From Macrostomum lignano (lineage: Eukaryota), in assembly GCA_002269645.1 (NCBI GenBank), contig NIVC01000550.1:264709-328708 (forward strand): 64,000 bases of DNA, read 5' to 3'. The notes under the pieces were generated by a model. It was given only the letters and a program-made list of their open reading frames with translations, was not told where the DNA came from and searched no databases. Shown piece by piece: positions 45,680 through 57,479 of this stretch (position 1 is its first letter; each line of letters starts with the position of its first letter). Made by a program: the position numbers and the translations under genes.

Positions 45680-47225
45680 TAGGGATAGCGACATTTGCCT
45701 ACGGGATGTTTGCCAGCTGACGTTTGCCTGTGGGAAGTTTGCCAGTCAACATTTGCCAGCCGACATTTGCCTGGGGGACATTTGCCAGCCAACGTTTGCC
45801 TGCAGGACATTTGCCAGCCGACGTTTGCCTATAGGACGTTTGCCAGCCGACATTTGCTAGCCAACAGCAAGTCGGAGTGAATGTGATACTGAAATATTCA
45901 CAGTTTAGCTGTTTTGGAAAAAACAATTTTAGTCCAACTTTTTAATTGACGGCTAACTTATTTGCATGATGTGTAAATCAAAAACAAAATCTATACGCTA
46001 TAAATTAATTAATATTTAGCAGTTTATCATCATCTTTGAATGTAAAAATATTATTATAAAGTTTACTTCTGCCAGATTTGTTTGGCTTTTCCCAGTTTAA
46101 GATGTTTGATTTTGCATGATTTGCGAATTCATGATTTGTGATTTAATGATTTGTGAATGAATTGACACGAAAATTTAAATGGGAATCTCCAGTGAGCCAA
46201 GTTTTAAGCAAATAAGATAACTGCTAAACGATAATTTTAAATTGAATATTTCCCAGTTCATGGGAGATCCAAAAGTAAGCAAACTAATTCCTACAAGCGC
46301 CTTGTCAAGTGCATGCTGTCATGGCCAACAACAAGCATGCACTGACATGTCTATAGCCACCTTCTCTTCCCTAGCCACACCAAAAATTAAAACCTATGCC
46401 CCATTGTATCATTTTGGAGGGGTTTTTAGGGGTATAGCTAGATTGTTGCACACTTTGAATGTCTTTGGCCGAAACCAACGTCTGAGCTATAACTATTTAA
46501 TGCTATATTTAGCAGTTGTAATTTGTAACATTAAAAAAACTTAATATATACTTGTAAAAAGTTTGGTGTATGCCCCACCATTTTCAGCTGAGTGGCAAAA
46601 TAATATTTTATTGATTGCAAATAAAACACCAACATTACGAGTTTCGAATAGTGTGTAATAATTTGAAAATTTGAATTCAGTGCTTGTGTTTCTATGGGCC
46701 TTTCTTCATATTGCTAGTTCTGGTTCCAGAACCAGAACCAATTTGTGAAGTATAACTTTTTGTCTCCATAACTAGAAGGAGATACGTGCTATAAAGTTGC
46801 ATATAAAGTTGAATGACAATTGCCAAGAAGAAAGTGAAAAATAGTGCTAAGTGAGGTTGTTAAGGCAGTTAAACATTCAACAGAATTAAATAGGCCCTAG
46901 TTATACTATTATTTTTCTTGGAAGATCTGAACCAATTCTAATTCTGGAATTGGTAATAGGGCCATAGGCCTATGAAAAGCCTCTATGATCCGGCCTGAAG
47001 CCTCTTCACATTACCAATTCCAGAACCAGAATCGGTTTGCATCTTCTAAAAAACAGCAGTATAGGTCTATAGGGCAGGCAAACGTCCCGCAGGCAAACAT
47101 TGGCTGGCAAACGTTGGCTGGCAAACGTTAGCTGGCAAACATCGGCTGGCAAACGTCGGCTGGCAAACATCCCGCAGGCAAACATCGGCTGGCAAATGTC
47201 CAGCAGGCAAACATTGTAGACCCCT
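45680..47225. mobile_element. ~1.5-kb non-autonomous element bounded by inverted 15-bp tandem arrays
   Basis: (GTTTGCCAGCCGAC)n at 45692-45865 and (GGCAAAC...)n at 47075-47215 in opposite orientation; small nested inverted repeat at 46929-47038. Confidence 0.65.
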
Positions 47226-47921
47226 ATCATTCCGACATTAGTAGAGACAGAGACTTAGGCCTTTCTAGCCTTTCTAGTAAAAAACATTGTGTATTTCATC
47301 GTTATTGTAGAAACGTGTAGAATAATCATTCTAAAAAGCATAAAACATAAACATAATGCTTTCAAAGCCTAAAATATCAGCGCTGAAAATGTTAGGCCTA
47401 TATAGTATATTTGACATGCGATGCATAGTAAAAAGGGTCATTAAAATTTTGGCATGCTTGGCGTGCATTAAAACAGTTGAGTAAAAATGTTGGCGTGCTT
47501 GGCGTGAATTGGTAGCTTTTCTCATTTTCGATTCCGGCCTCTGCCTCTGCCTCTGGCCTCTGCCACCTTCCTGAGCATGGGGCTTTTGGTAATTAGGAAA
47601 AAAACCGTTAAAAAATAAAACGTAACGTGATTCAATTTTAAGCGACTTAAAAAATAAACAAAATTTCCCGCGTTTAAAGTTAACTGCTAGTTATAAGTAG
47701 TTATGATTGATAATAAAGTCTTCATTTTTACTAGGTTAATGCAGTGTACTTTTTTTAAAATAATAAATTATCATATCAATCATGCCTTTGCGTCACCGCG
47801 TCACTGACATCTAATTGACTTTTGCCACATACTTTTAGAAAGTCGTCCTTGACTTTTAGATTATGCTACTATAGCATAGATAGTTAATGTAACTAGTAAT
47901 AAGCTAAACCATTAAACAAAG

Positions 47922-50900
47922 ATGGCACCTAAGGCTAAGGCCGATAATACGACAGGTAAGCTATCATTTCTTTTGAGTACACAGCCATAGACTAAACATT
48001 CTTCCTTCTATTTCTAGACCATCCTAGACTAGATAAAATAACTAAATGTGAGTTGTATGACTCGAGGTGTTCGAGCCAGGCCAGGGCTAGGCCTACTTAT
48101 GGTCTGTCCTAATGTGGTTGGCATTATTATAATTCTACATGCTTTAGCAACATAATTTATTAAGTTTATTGGCTAGTTTTCACTTGTTTAAATTTTTTAA
48201 TTATTTATAATATTTAGCACATATAATGAATTTTAGTCTTAATACAGTCAACTAGGCAGTTCCTGGACACTTCATCATCTTCACTTATAAATTAGCTGTT
48301 TCTTACATGTATTTGCTTCTTATATGTGATTTCATGCACCATATTTACCACACTCAGGAAGGTGTCACATGTGTGCGGGAATATATTTCAGTGTATTTTT
48401 GGAGTGTGCGCTGTGCGTGAAGCTAAAATATGCATTTGTGCGCAGAGGTCTACATTCGTTTATTGACAAATACATAGCTAGAGTACTAATGAGCCGTAGG
48501 CCCTAGCACAAAAAACCGAATAAAATATAATTAAAACAAAATTAAAAAAATGGATAAATTTTCGTACTTTATGTAGGCTTTATTTCAACTCAGAACTTTT
48601 GTTTTATTTTAGCTCACGCAGAAAATTATCAAAAAATAGCTTTAGCTTTACGGTAAAATACCATTTTGAATTTTATTATTCGTTTCACTTACTAAGAAAC
48701 ACTTTTTCATTGATAACTTGGAAAAAACTTAATCTTTAAGCATATTTTATGCACTGCATATGCAGATTATACATTTACGTGACTCATTGTGGACTAAATT
48801 TTTCTGATCGGGTTTTGCTATGCGCTAATGTGCGCTAAAAACTTCTGCTAAGCCTTTGTTGTGCGCCCTGTGTGCCACTTCGCGCACATTTTTCGTTGAT
48901 GTGCGTAGGAATTTTCCGCCATAATGTACACCTTCTTGAGTGTGGCATATTTATAATAAAATTCTAGGTGGGGGTAGGCTGGCCACTTCAGTCTTGAGGG
49001 GTAAAGTGACCATCTCTGTACCTGCACCCCTCTTGGATCCACCACTAGGCCTATCCTCCACCACTATCCGCCACTGTGGGACAAAACATTATTGATGACA
49101 AATTTGTAGTTTAGTCTAGCAAATGCTGCCTGATAGTTACCAATGGTGATATGCAGGAATTCTCCAAACCTTTCTGGAAATGAACAACTCTGATTGGGCT
49201 AATAGCTAAGCAAATGGTAATGTGTAATCTTTTCTGCAAACCAATTTATCTATAGACGGGTTATTCCATGATAAGTAAAGGTCAGATGGGATCCCAATCC
49301 CGATCCCGAAATCTCAGGATCCCAAGGAAAATTGGATTCCTGCAGGACTAGAATCCTGACCCTAAAAAACACAAGAAAGGGGAACAGGTCTTTTGATTAA
49401 AAATTTATAGAATTAGTGATTACTTGAATGTATTTTGTTTTACCTTGTACTCATTACATTATTAATTTGTTGGTTACAAAACTTTGCATCAATTTTGTTG
49501 TATTCTACTTTTTGATCTTGATATTTTTAGCTCAATTTTGTTTAACTTTATATGGACCTATAAGCTACAATACACTAAAAGACCTGATCCCAAATCCCGA
49601 TCCCGGTCATGCTTGGGCACAACCTAGGGATTCACCCGGCCATTTCTATTGGCAACACACACATGTAAGTCGCTATTGGACAGAATAGTAGTCACGTGAC
49701 TGCTCTTAGCCAATAGCGACTTACATGTGTGTGTTGCCAATAGAAACAGCCGAGTGATTCCCAAGGTTGCGCATGTATGATCCCAATCCTGAGAAAAAAA
49801 TTTTTCTTGATCCCAATCCTGCTCAAAGATTTCAATCCCGTCCAACCTCTAATGATAAGGTCATCAAAGGCATAGAATTTTTTTTTTAATTATTTGCAAA
49901 TGTCTACAGACTCTGTACCATGCTCGACCTTGCAATTGTTGTAGCCAAGTGTCAAAACCTAATTTGTCTATAAAGATCTTATGAGTCACAACAACTTCTA
50001 CTAAACAAAGCCAGTCATAGAACTCCACACACATTATAGAACTACTTGTGGTTGATTTTGTCTAGCTGGAAGATCCCTGGCTAACTTGGTAGTGAATAAA
50101 GCTCTATTTAACTTCTTGCTAATAGTTTTATTTGTTACTTGTGGTTTGATTGGAAAGTTTTGACAAAGGTTGGCATTTAACTATAAGTACTTTACTATAA
50201 TTAGGGGATTCACTTCCACTTCAGCTTTGATGAATGTTTGCATTTCTTGATCCCACTTTTTTGTTTTGTACCTACTCTTGGTTGCTTCTCTAGCCTTCCA
50301 GATTATATAATTATATACACTGTGGTTCTTTTTATGCCTAACTAGCATGCCAAGTCTGCAAAGTCTTCTCTTTCAAATTCTCCAATAATTCTAGCTCTAT
50401 CGGCATTGCTAATCCTATTGTTTGTCTAGTGCTGCTGACCATAAGGCTCACCAACTTGATGTTTGGCCATCACAACACTCTGCCATCCTCCTCTAGCAGG
50501 TCAACTGAGTTTTCTTTGTTAGTTGCCATATCTATTTTGAAAGGGAATTGTTTCTTTTGAACTTCTTGATATTCAATCTAGTGAAATATATATACATGAT
50601 TCAACCATAGACAGTTGTGTCAGTTTTTATTGAAATGTTTGTGTCTCTTTTGAACTACATTTTGTCTTTATTGATTTTCTTTTTGGTCTCTCCCCCATAA
50701 GGTTTTGTAGCAACCAAAATCCTATGTTTGAATTTCTATGTCTGTGTTCTTTTAATTGATTTCTGGTTCTGTTGATCCCCTTGATTCCGCCACAGAAGCA
50801 AGCTTTAACCATAGATAAAATGCCAATGTTTGAATTGAAATGGCTGTCTGTTTTGAACTGGGGTTTGTTTTTATTGATTTTCCATAAGTGTTGCCCCAGT

Positions 50901-53900
50901 CTGAATTGTCTAAATTGACTTTCTGCTAGTTTTTTTAGAATTGGACTTTGATCAAAATTGAACATAAAAAGGTATAGTTTCTGTAACAAAGGTAAAACAT
51001 ATCAATGAAAAAGGCCACACTCTGGATCATGTATAAGGGATGTGCAAAAAAGTTTTGGCAATTGGGTTCCCAATTGCAAATAAATTGTTAATAAATATTT
51101 AAACTCTATTAAAGTCTTCCTCTCTAAATGTAATCTCTGCCACATTCTATGCATTTCTAATGACAATAGATTCATGCCTCAAAGGCAGCACAGTACTCTG
51201 AAGCTAGCATGGTGTTTAGCTCTGAATTCATGCAGCAAGCCAGGTCCTTAGGCCACTGAAAATGGCATCTAGCCATGTATTTGGTCAGCTTTAGGAAGGC
51301 CTAGAAGTCGCAATGTGCCAAGTCAAGATGGTATAAAGGGTGCAGTATCACTTTAAGCTTGTTATCAGCCAAAAGCTTATCATGGCTGCAGTGTGGCTAG
51401 AGGTGTTGTTGTGGTGCTAGTGAATTCTGCCACTTTAGAGGTAGGTTAGCTGCTTTTCCATGATTGAAGCCACAATTTAAAGAAAAACCTTACTAGTATA
51501 AATGTGGCATTGATGTTCTGTCCATTTGGCACTATAAAAACTATTCCTGGCCCATTGATGCTGAAAATGATAACAAATATCTATGTCTATGAGTGAAACC
51601 CAGGTTGTAGAACAGTTGAACAGTCTTTATTGGAACCAATCCAAACCTTGTTTTGTTTCTTATTGGGCACTTAAAAGTAGTAAAACCACTTCTTGTCACT
51701 ATTCACAACATCAATAAGTTGCTATTGCCACCTTTGCTGAAGCATTGCAGAAATTCTTGGTTGCATCAAACCATCTCCTGCTTCTGCTCTGCAGTGTGTA
51801 GGTGTGGCATCCAATGGGCTATGACCTTGCAAAGGCCAAGATGTTCATGCAAGATAGTTTAGACACTGCCACCAGAAATGCCTATTGTTTGGCTAAGTAG
51901 TGCAACAGTGATATTGCAATCTTTGTCCACCAGCTATCGCATAGCTACAATGTTCTGCTTGGTTGTGGATGTTATTGGCCTCTCAGAAAGCATTGACTAG
52001 CACTGACCAATTCAATCCAACAGGTGACGGTGCGGTATGAAGGGGCCTGATCTGCTACAACTTGGACTAGCTTAGCATGAATTTTGGTGGCATTTTCTCC
52101 AAGCTACAATTGTATTAAAACAAAATCTGTACTGATATATATATATATATATATATATAAGGAAAGCAGATGTTTGTCATCTTTTTCAGCATTAATGGGC
52201 TAAAGATAGTTGTTATAGTGCCAAATGGATAGGACATATATATATATATAGCAACAAAGAGTAGCATAGACAAAAAGAGATCTAGCTAGTCTTTGCATAG
52301 ACACGTTTGCAGAATAACTGAGAGGGACAAGTCATGGCAGACTGATCAGCAGTGATATTTTCCATTTGAAGGCTGAAAACAAGACTATACATTAAGCAAA
52401 ATGCTTTAAGAAACAAAAAAATCCATGCAATAAGCTGAAACTTTATGAACAAACGTAAAATATACTCATATTTATGAGATTAAAAAATGGTTGCATTTAA
52501 ATATTAATTTAAAAAGTTATGAGCCAGTTGCCAAAACATTTTGCATACCCCTCATAGTATATATCCAAAATTTTGGGGATGTGTGTATTCTTACTCAATT
52601 TTTATATATATTTGTAACTATTCAATTTTTGTTTAGGCATGCACCTAGCATGATCTGGACTATATGAAAAGGTAGCAGTTAAGAGGTGATGGGAGTGTGA
52701 ATAAAAAAACCAATATATTAATTGAATATGATTGAACTTTGTGTGATTGCAAGTTGTAAAGAAGTAATAGACAGCACTTATTTTATAATTGTGGAAGTGT
52801 AGCTCGTCTAACAAATAGTAGGAAAATAAACGTCAACAAAAACATAAAAAGTAAACTTTGTTTAATTCTAGCCAACACGTTTTGTCAAACATAAGACTTC
52901 ATCAGGGCAAATTCAATCAACCTAAGATCACACCACCAATATATTTAAGCAAAAATCACTGTACAGTCCAGAGGCGGGTCAAAACAGTCTGGTAGAATTT
53001 AGAAAGTGCCAAGTACACAACAAAGTGAGAGAGAGAAAAAAATAATAAATAGGCACGGCTCTGCTCACAGTACTCTTAGCTCACGCTCTACCCCATTGCC
53101 AGCAAGCTGCACATTCAGGTTGGGTTTGTGCATTCTGATATACAAAGCTTTGATAATCTTAAGCTTATGGTCAAATTTGCACCCATCCAACACTCTAAAG
53201 AGCTGAATCGGTTCACCGTCACAGCATTTTTTACAAACAAGCAGACTTTTTGCAAACTTTTTGCATTGCAAGAAAGAATTCAGCAAAGTTTCTTGCGATG
53301 CGAGACCCAGGCAACTGGAGATAGATTCTTGGGACGCTCTGTTGGTTCTCCCATTTTTTGGCAACGCTTCGCTTGACTTCAGGAAAAAAAAAGGAGAAAA
53401 CGTTTAGCAAATGGCTTAAGTGCATCGTTAGGATTGTGTTTCGCACCAAAAAGATCGGTCGCTATGCTAGCAGGCTCAAGTCAGCTGTTCCACTTGCTCT
53501 AAGGGCTGGTGTTGTTTACCAATTTAGCTGCTCTGAGGATCAGAGTGTTTCCTACATTGGAAAAACGAAGCGACACCTGCATACTAGAGCTAGGGAACAT
53601 TGGCTAAAAAGCTCTGCAATTAATGACCATCTGCTTGTTTGTAAAAAATGCTGTGACGGTGAACCGATTCAGCTCTTTAGAGTGCTGGATGGGTGCAAAT
53701 TTGACCATAAGCTTAAGATTATCGAAGCTTCGTATATCAGAATGCACAAACCCAACCTGAATGTGCAGCTTGCTGGCAATGGGGTAGAGCGTGAGCTAAG
53801 AGTACTGTGAGCAGAGCCGTGCCTATTTATTATTTTTTTCTCTCTCTCACTTTGTTGTGTACTTGGCACTTTCTAAATTCTACCAGACTGTTTTGACCCG

Positions 53901-56711
53901 CCTCTGGACTATACAGTGATTTTTGCTTAAATATATTGGTGGTGTGATCTTAGGTTGATTGAATTTGCCCTGATGACATCTTGTGTTTGACGAAAGGCGT
54001 TGGCTAGAATTAAACAAAGTTTACTTTTTATGTTTTTGTTGACATTTATTTTCCTATTATTTTATAATATACATGTAAATGTCAAATGTAATAATAAAAA
54101 AGGTCCTGATTGTCAGAATATAAAAAAGTCTTTTATTAATATTGTTATAACACAAAAGTAAGATTGTATGACTTTTAAATTTTAGCATGACATGACAAAG
54201 TTGTATTTCCATTTTTTGCATACTTGGTGTACACCAAAATTTTGCCCAAAAAACTCTGGCATACACCAGACACCTTGACTATGACTAGTCACTTAGGTCA
54301 TGTCTCATTAATTTATTAACTATTTTAGTCTTAAAATAGTTCATCCTAAGACCATTTTTGCCATAAAATTCAAGCAATTAAAAAGTCTTTACACAAGTTT
54401 TAGTAATTTTGTAATTGGAATTTTTTATATTATGAGGTTTTGTAAAATACCTTTTGTTGACCATAAATGTCAATTAGATAAGCCAGATAGGCTAATAGTT
54501 ATATTATATATAGTCCTATATAGATCCAATCCAGCAATCCTACTCCTATAGCTAAGCTAGCATGGCTCATAGCTAGAATTGCTAAAATCTTATAGCTTAA
54601 ATGAAGGTGTTAAGATGTCTAGATTCATATACAATTGTTAATATGACAAGTATTGTATAAAGGGATTTCTGGGATGTCAAAGCTTTTAAGAAGGCTGTTT
54701 AAATGATATTGCTTAAAAAGGTTGAGCCAAAGCTTATAGGGGATTATACAGAATGTATATAAAAGACCACTAATATGTTTGGCTAGATAGGCCTAGCTGG
54801 CATTTAGGACAGATACTTTTTGTTTTAAACTTTTTTATTATATAGAGTATGTTTTATTATTATATTTTAGAAATGCTTCTTTATAAGAAATGTTTTACTT
54901 AAAAAAATTGATAAAATGTCAATCTATTGACATTGTTTTAGTAACAATAAAAAACATTTTGAAATAGATTTAAATAGCTTAGTAACATATATGTTATATT
55001 TAAATGTTTTTTATTTGTGTATCTGTACCATATATTAATACTATTGAATAATAATAATTGATTACACTTTCCTAATGGGCAGATATGCAACTGACAACTC
55101 AGCCACAGCTATTATGGGTAGGCTGCCTAGGTTGAAATGCAATTGAAACGCTCTACATTTGTCCGCCGTCACTGTCTATGGTCAATGCAAATCTGCTCAA
55201 GACTGATTTAAGCATGAGTAAAATTGGATAACTTTTCGTCTCAGTATATTTCACTGCGAGAGCAAACACAACATGAATGAAACACGAAATAAACGAAAGA
55301 ATTCAGTAAATAACATGGTTAACGTGGTTGGATAGTTCATCAATAGTTACCTGAAATACATGGTCGTAGTTAGAAACTGCAATCCACAACACATCTGTCT
55401 AGCGTGGTGTAATGTTGAATGTGCTTGGATTGGACAATTCTGCGTCAATCAACTGCTGCTGTCTTATGCTCAGACCAGTCCACTGACTAACTTCTTCACC
55501 AGGATCACGATGTCCAAGTTGCTGCAGAAATGCAATCTCATTCATTTCTAAACTGCTAATATCTTCCTCTAGTATTGATTCCCAGTGAAAAATGGCTAGT
55601 TCCGAACCTTTAAAGCTGTTTAAATCTTATTTTTCTCTCGACCCACCCACCAGGAGAAGAATGCTTCAAACTCTATTTGGGTTTCAACCATAGACAGTCT
55701 CCGCGGACTTCGAAACCGCCACTAAGCATATAGCTAAAGCTTTTTCAACCATAGACAGTTTCTGTGGACGTGAAACCGCGTTGTGCGTCCGCGCTTCAGC
55801 CTACCCATAACACTAATATGGACTGGCTGTTCGGACTCGGCCTCGGCGTTTCAGTTAATTTCAGTCCTCAACAGCCAGTCTATATTAATATATTGCAGGG
55901 CACATCTGAAGGCTGCATATGGCTATTTAGTCCAAGGACTAGGGAAGGGGGTTGCCACACACTGAATTACCCCAGCTAAATGCTGGTTCCCATTTTATAG
56001 CTAGTTGAACTGAAGCAATGTAGAGTTAAGTGTCTTGCTTTAGGACACAAATTGTTCCAAGTTGGTTGAGAATCGAACTTCCAACTTCACAACATCAGTT
56101 GTGGATCTGACACTCTAACAAACCCTGTATCCATAACAAATGGCATATAAATGAATATTTACCTGCATAGCATGGTATAATATACTCGTATGCTGCACAT
56201 TCTTTAGGGTATTGTCTACCAATCTGGCCACTTTGGAGTACTATAAATCAAGTTTTCTTAAATTCAGTTATAAACCTTTTCTATACCCGCAGTGACAAAG
56301 GCGCTCAAGGCCAAGGGCCAGCAGTTAAAAGGGGCGCAGCAGCTGCGTAAGCGGAAGATCCGGGCCTCGCCGCGGTTTAAGCGGCCAGACACCTACCGCC
56401 CGCCCCGCACCCCCAAGTACGCGCGCCGCTCACTGCCCCGTCGCAACTCGCTTGACGCATTTAAGATAATGCAATACCCGCTGACCACCGAGTCTTCAAT
56501 GAAGAAGATCGAAGAGCAGAACACCCTTGTGTTCATCGTTGACAAGCGGTCCAGCAAACCACTGATCAAGGACGCGGTGAAGAGGCTATATGACATTCAG
56601 GCCAGCAAGGTGAACACCTTGATCCGGCCGGACGGTCTGAAGAAGGCCTATGTAAAGTTGAGCGCAGAGCACGACGCGCTTGACGTGGCCAATAAGATTG
56701 GCATCATCTGA
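47922..56711 (+). CDS. RPL23A: 60S ribosomal protein L23a (uL23), 150 aa; exons 47922-47955 and 56293-56711
   Basis: [12 protein letters not shown]|GTAAG donor joins in phase 1 to CCGCAG|TG, giving [14 protein letters not shown]...[23 protein letters not shown]...[18 protein letters not shown]...DVANKIGII; AATAAA at 56768. Confidence 0.93.
48348..48945. mobile_element. Non-autonomous TIR element, 598 bp, exact 8-bp TSD
   Basis: CCACACTCAGGAAGGTG...CACCTTCTTGAGTGTGG; TSD CATATTTA on both sides. Confidence 0.88.
49608..49779. mobile_element. 172-bp hairpin MITE, CAT...ATG ends, central CACGTG
   Basis: ~60-bp near-perfect arms; AGTCACGTGACT in the centre (CACGTG at 49693-49698); flanks ATCCCGGT / ATCCCAAT. 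Confidence 0.8.
51620..52110 (-). pseudogene. mariner transposase relic
   Basis: [38 protein letters not shown] and [11 protein letters not shown], with stops. Confidence 0.8.
52874..52905 (-). ncRNA. Degenerate hammerhead ribozyme core (minus-strand pLTR copy)
   Basis: CUGAUGA-A-GUC-UUAUGUUU-GAC-AAAAC-GU-GUU; the conserved G of GAAA is changed to A. Confidence 0.6.
53970..54001 (+). ncRNA. Degenerate hammerhead ribozyme core (plus-strand pLTR copy)
   Basis: CUGAUGA-C-AUC-UUGUGUUU-GAC-GAAAG-GC-GUU; stem I GCC/GGC; stem II and stem III each carry a mismatch. Confidence 0.65.
55750..56135 (-). mobile_element. tRNA-derived SINE (decayed)
   Basis: Minus-strand head with B-box GTTCGATTC, then TGTGTCCTAAAGCAAGACACTTAAC, typical of tRNA-SINE bodies; 3' limit uncertain. 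Confidence 0.6.
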
Positions 56712-57479
56712 GCTCATCTAGCTTGGCATGATCAAAATTTCAGAATTTAAACTGGCTTAAATGCTTGAATAAACTGAAATTGATAAAAATTAAACTGTTC
56801 GCTCAATTGCTGCTAGTTGGATAAATTGCATTGGCTTCAGAATAGGTTATTTCTCTTATTATTAACGCAACATTTGAGGCGACTCATTCGGCCACTGTAC
56901 TTTTCGACTAGGAAAAATTCGTCTTTCCCATTATGCATTTCTTGAAATACGACTCCGGGTTTGGATCGAATCAAAGATCGCACCGCCGACCGAAACCGAG
57001 GCACCGGCTACCAACGTCAGTCAGCAGGCTCGCAGTCAGTCAATAAACGCCTCTCATTGCTGCTCTGATGCCTGCAGCTGCTGTGGGCAGTAGACTGCGC
57101 GAATGCTTTGAATATAATACAGTATATCTAAAGAAGTGAACTGCACAAGTGCCAGTGGGTTTGTATTTCTAAATAATTTTGTACTTGAATTTAGAAAATA
57201 AGTAAAAGCCAACGAAATTTGTGATTGAAAAAGTCAGAGTGTATAGCAACGTGAAAGCCTTGGGCTGGCTGTGAGAGTTTGTTACAGTACGAGTAGAAAG
57301 AACAGCTTTGAGGTATGATGGTTTGTAGTGCTGTTCAGTAACAAGCGTTTGGAATAATTGTACAGAGTAGTGATACATTTGCCTATGCATCTTTATAGAT
57401 TTTTATTCATGCCGGCATAAAATTCAACAAGTTCGGGAGTCATTAAGATTAACCGGAACCTCTTCTTTTATTTTACTTC

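Larger units (their letters stand above)
52813..54063 (+). mobile_element. Penelope-like element: 5'-truncated copy (53246-54063) preceded by an inverted copy of its 3' ~430 bp (52813-53245)
   Basis: LVLPFFG...IVFRTKKIG, then [13 protein letters not shown]...[16 protein letters not shown]...[20 protein letters not shown] (53358-53810); arms 52813-53245 and 53630-54063 are reverse complements. Confidence 0.93.

Noticed and set aside
10138-55756. CCATAGAC / GTCTATGG as paired termini of one P- or hAT-like MITE family
   Set aside because: I compared the 8-bp outer flanks of all 16 forward and 13 reverse copies and found no matching TSD pair; neighbouring pairs in the opposite orientation also gave none.
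56030-56135. tRNA gene
   Set aside because: Only a B-box and a degraded A-box, no cloverleaf, and it continues into a SINE body.
47956-56292. Intronic C/D snoRNAs, as vertebrate RPL23A hosts
   Set aside because: The TGATGA...CTGA candidates (~49092, ~50229) lack a terminal stem or sensible spacing; the one at 53971 is the hammerhead core.
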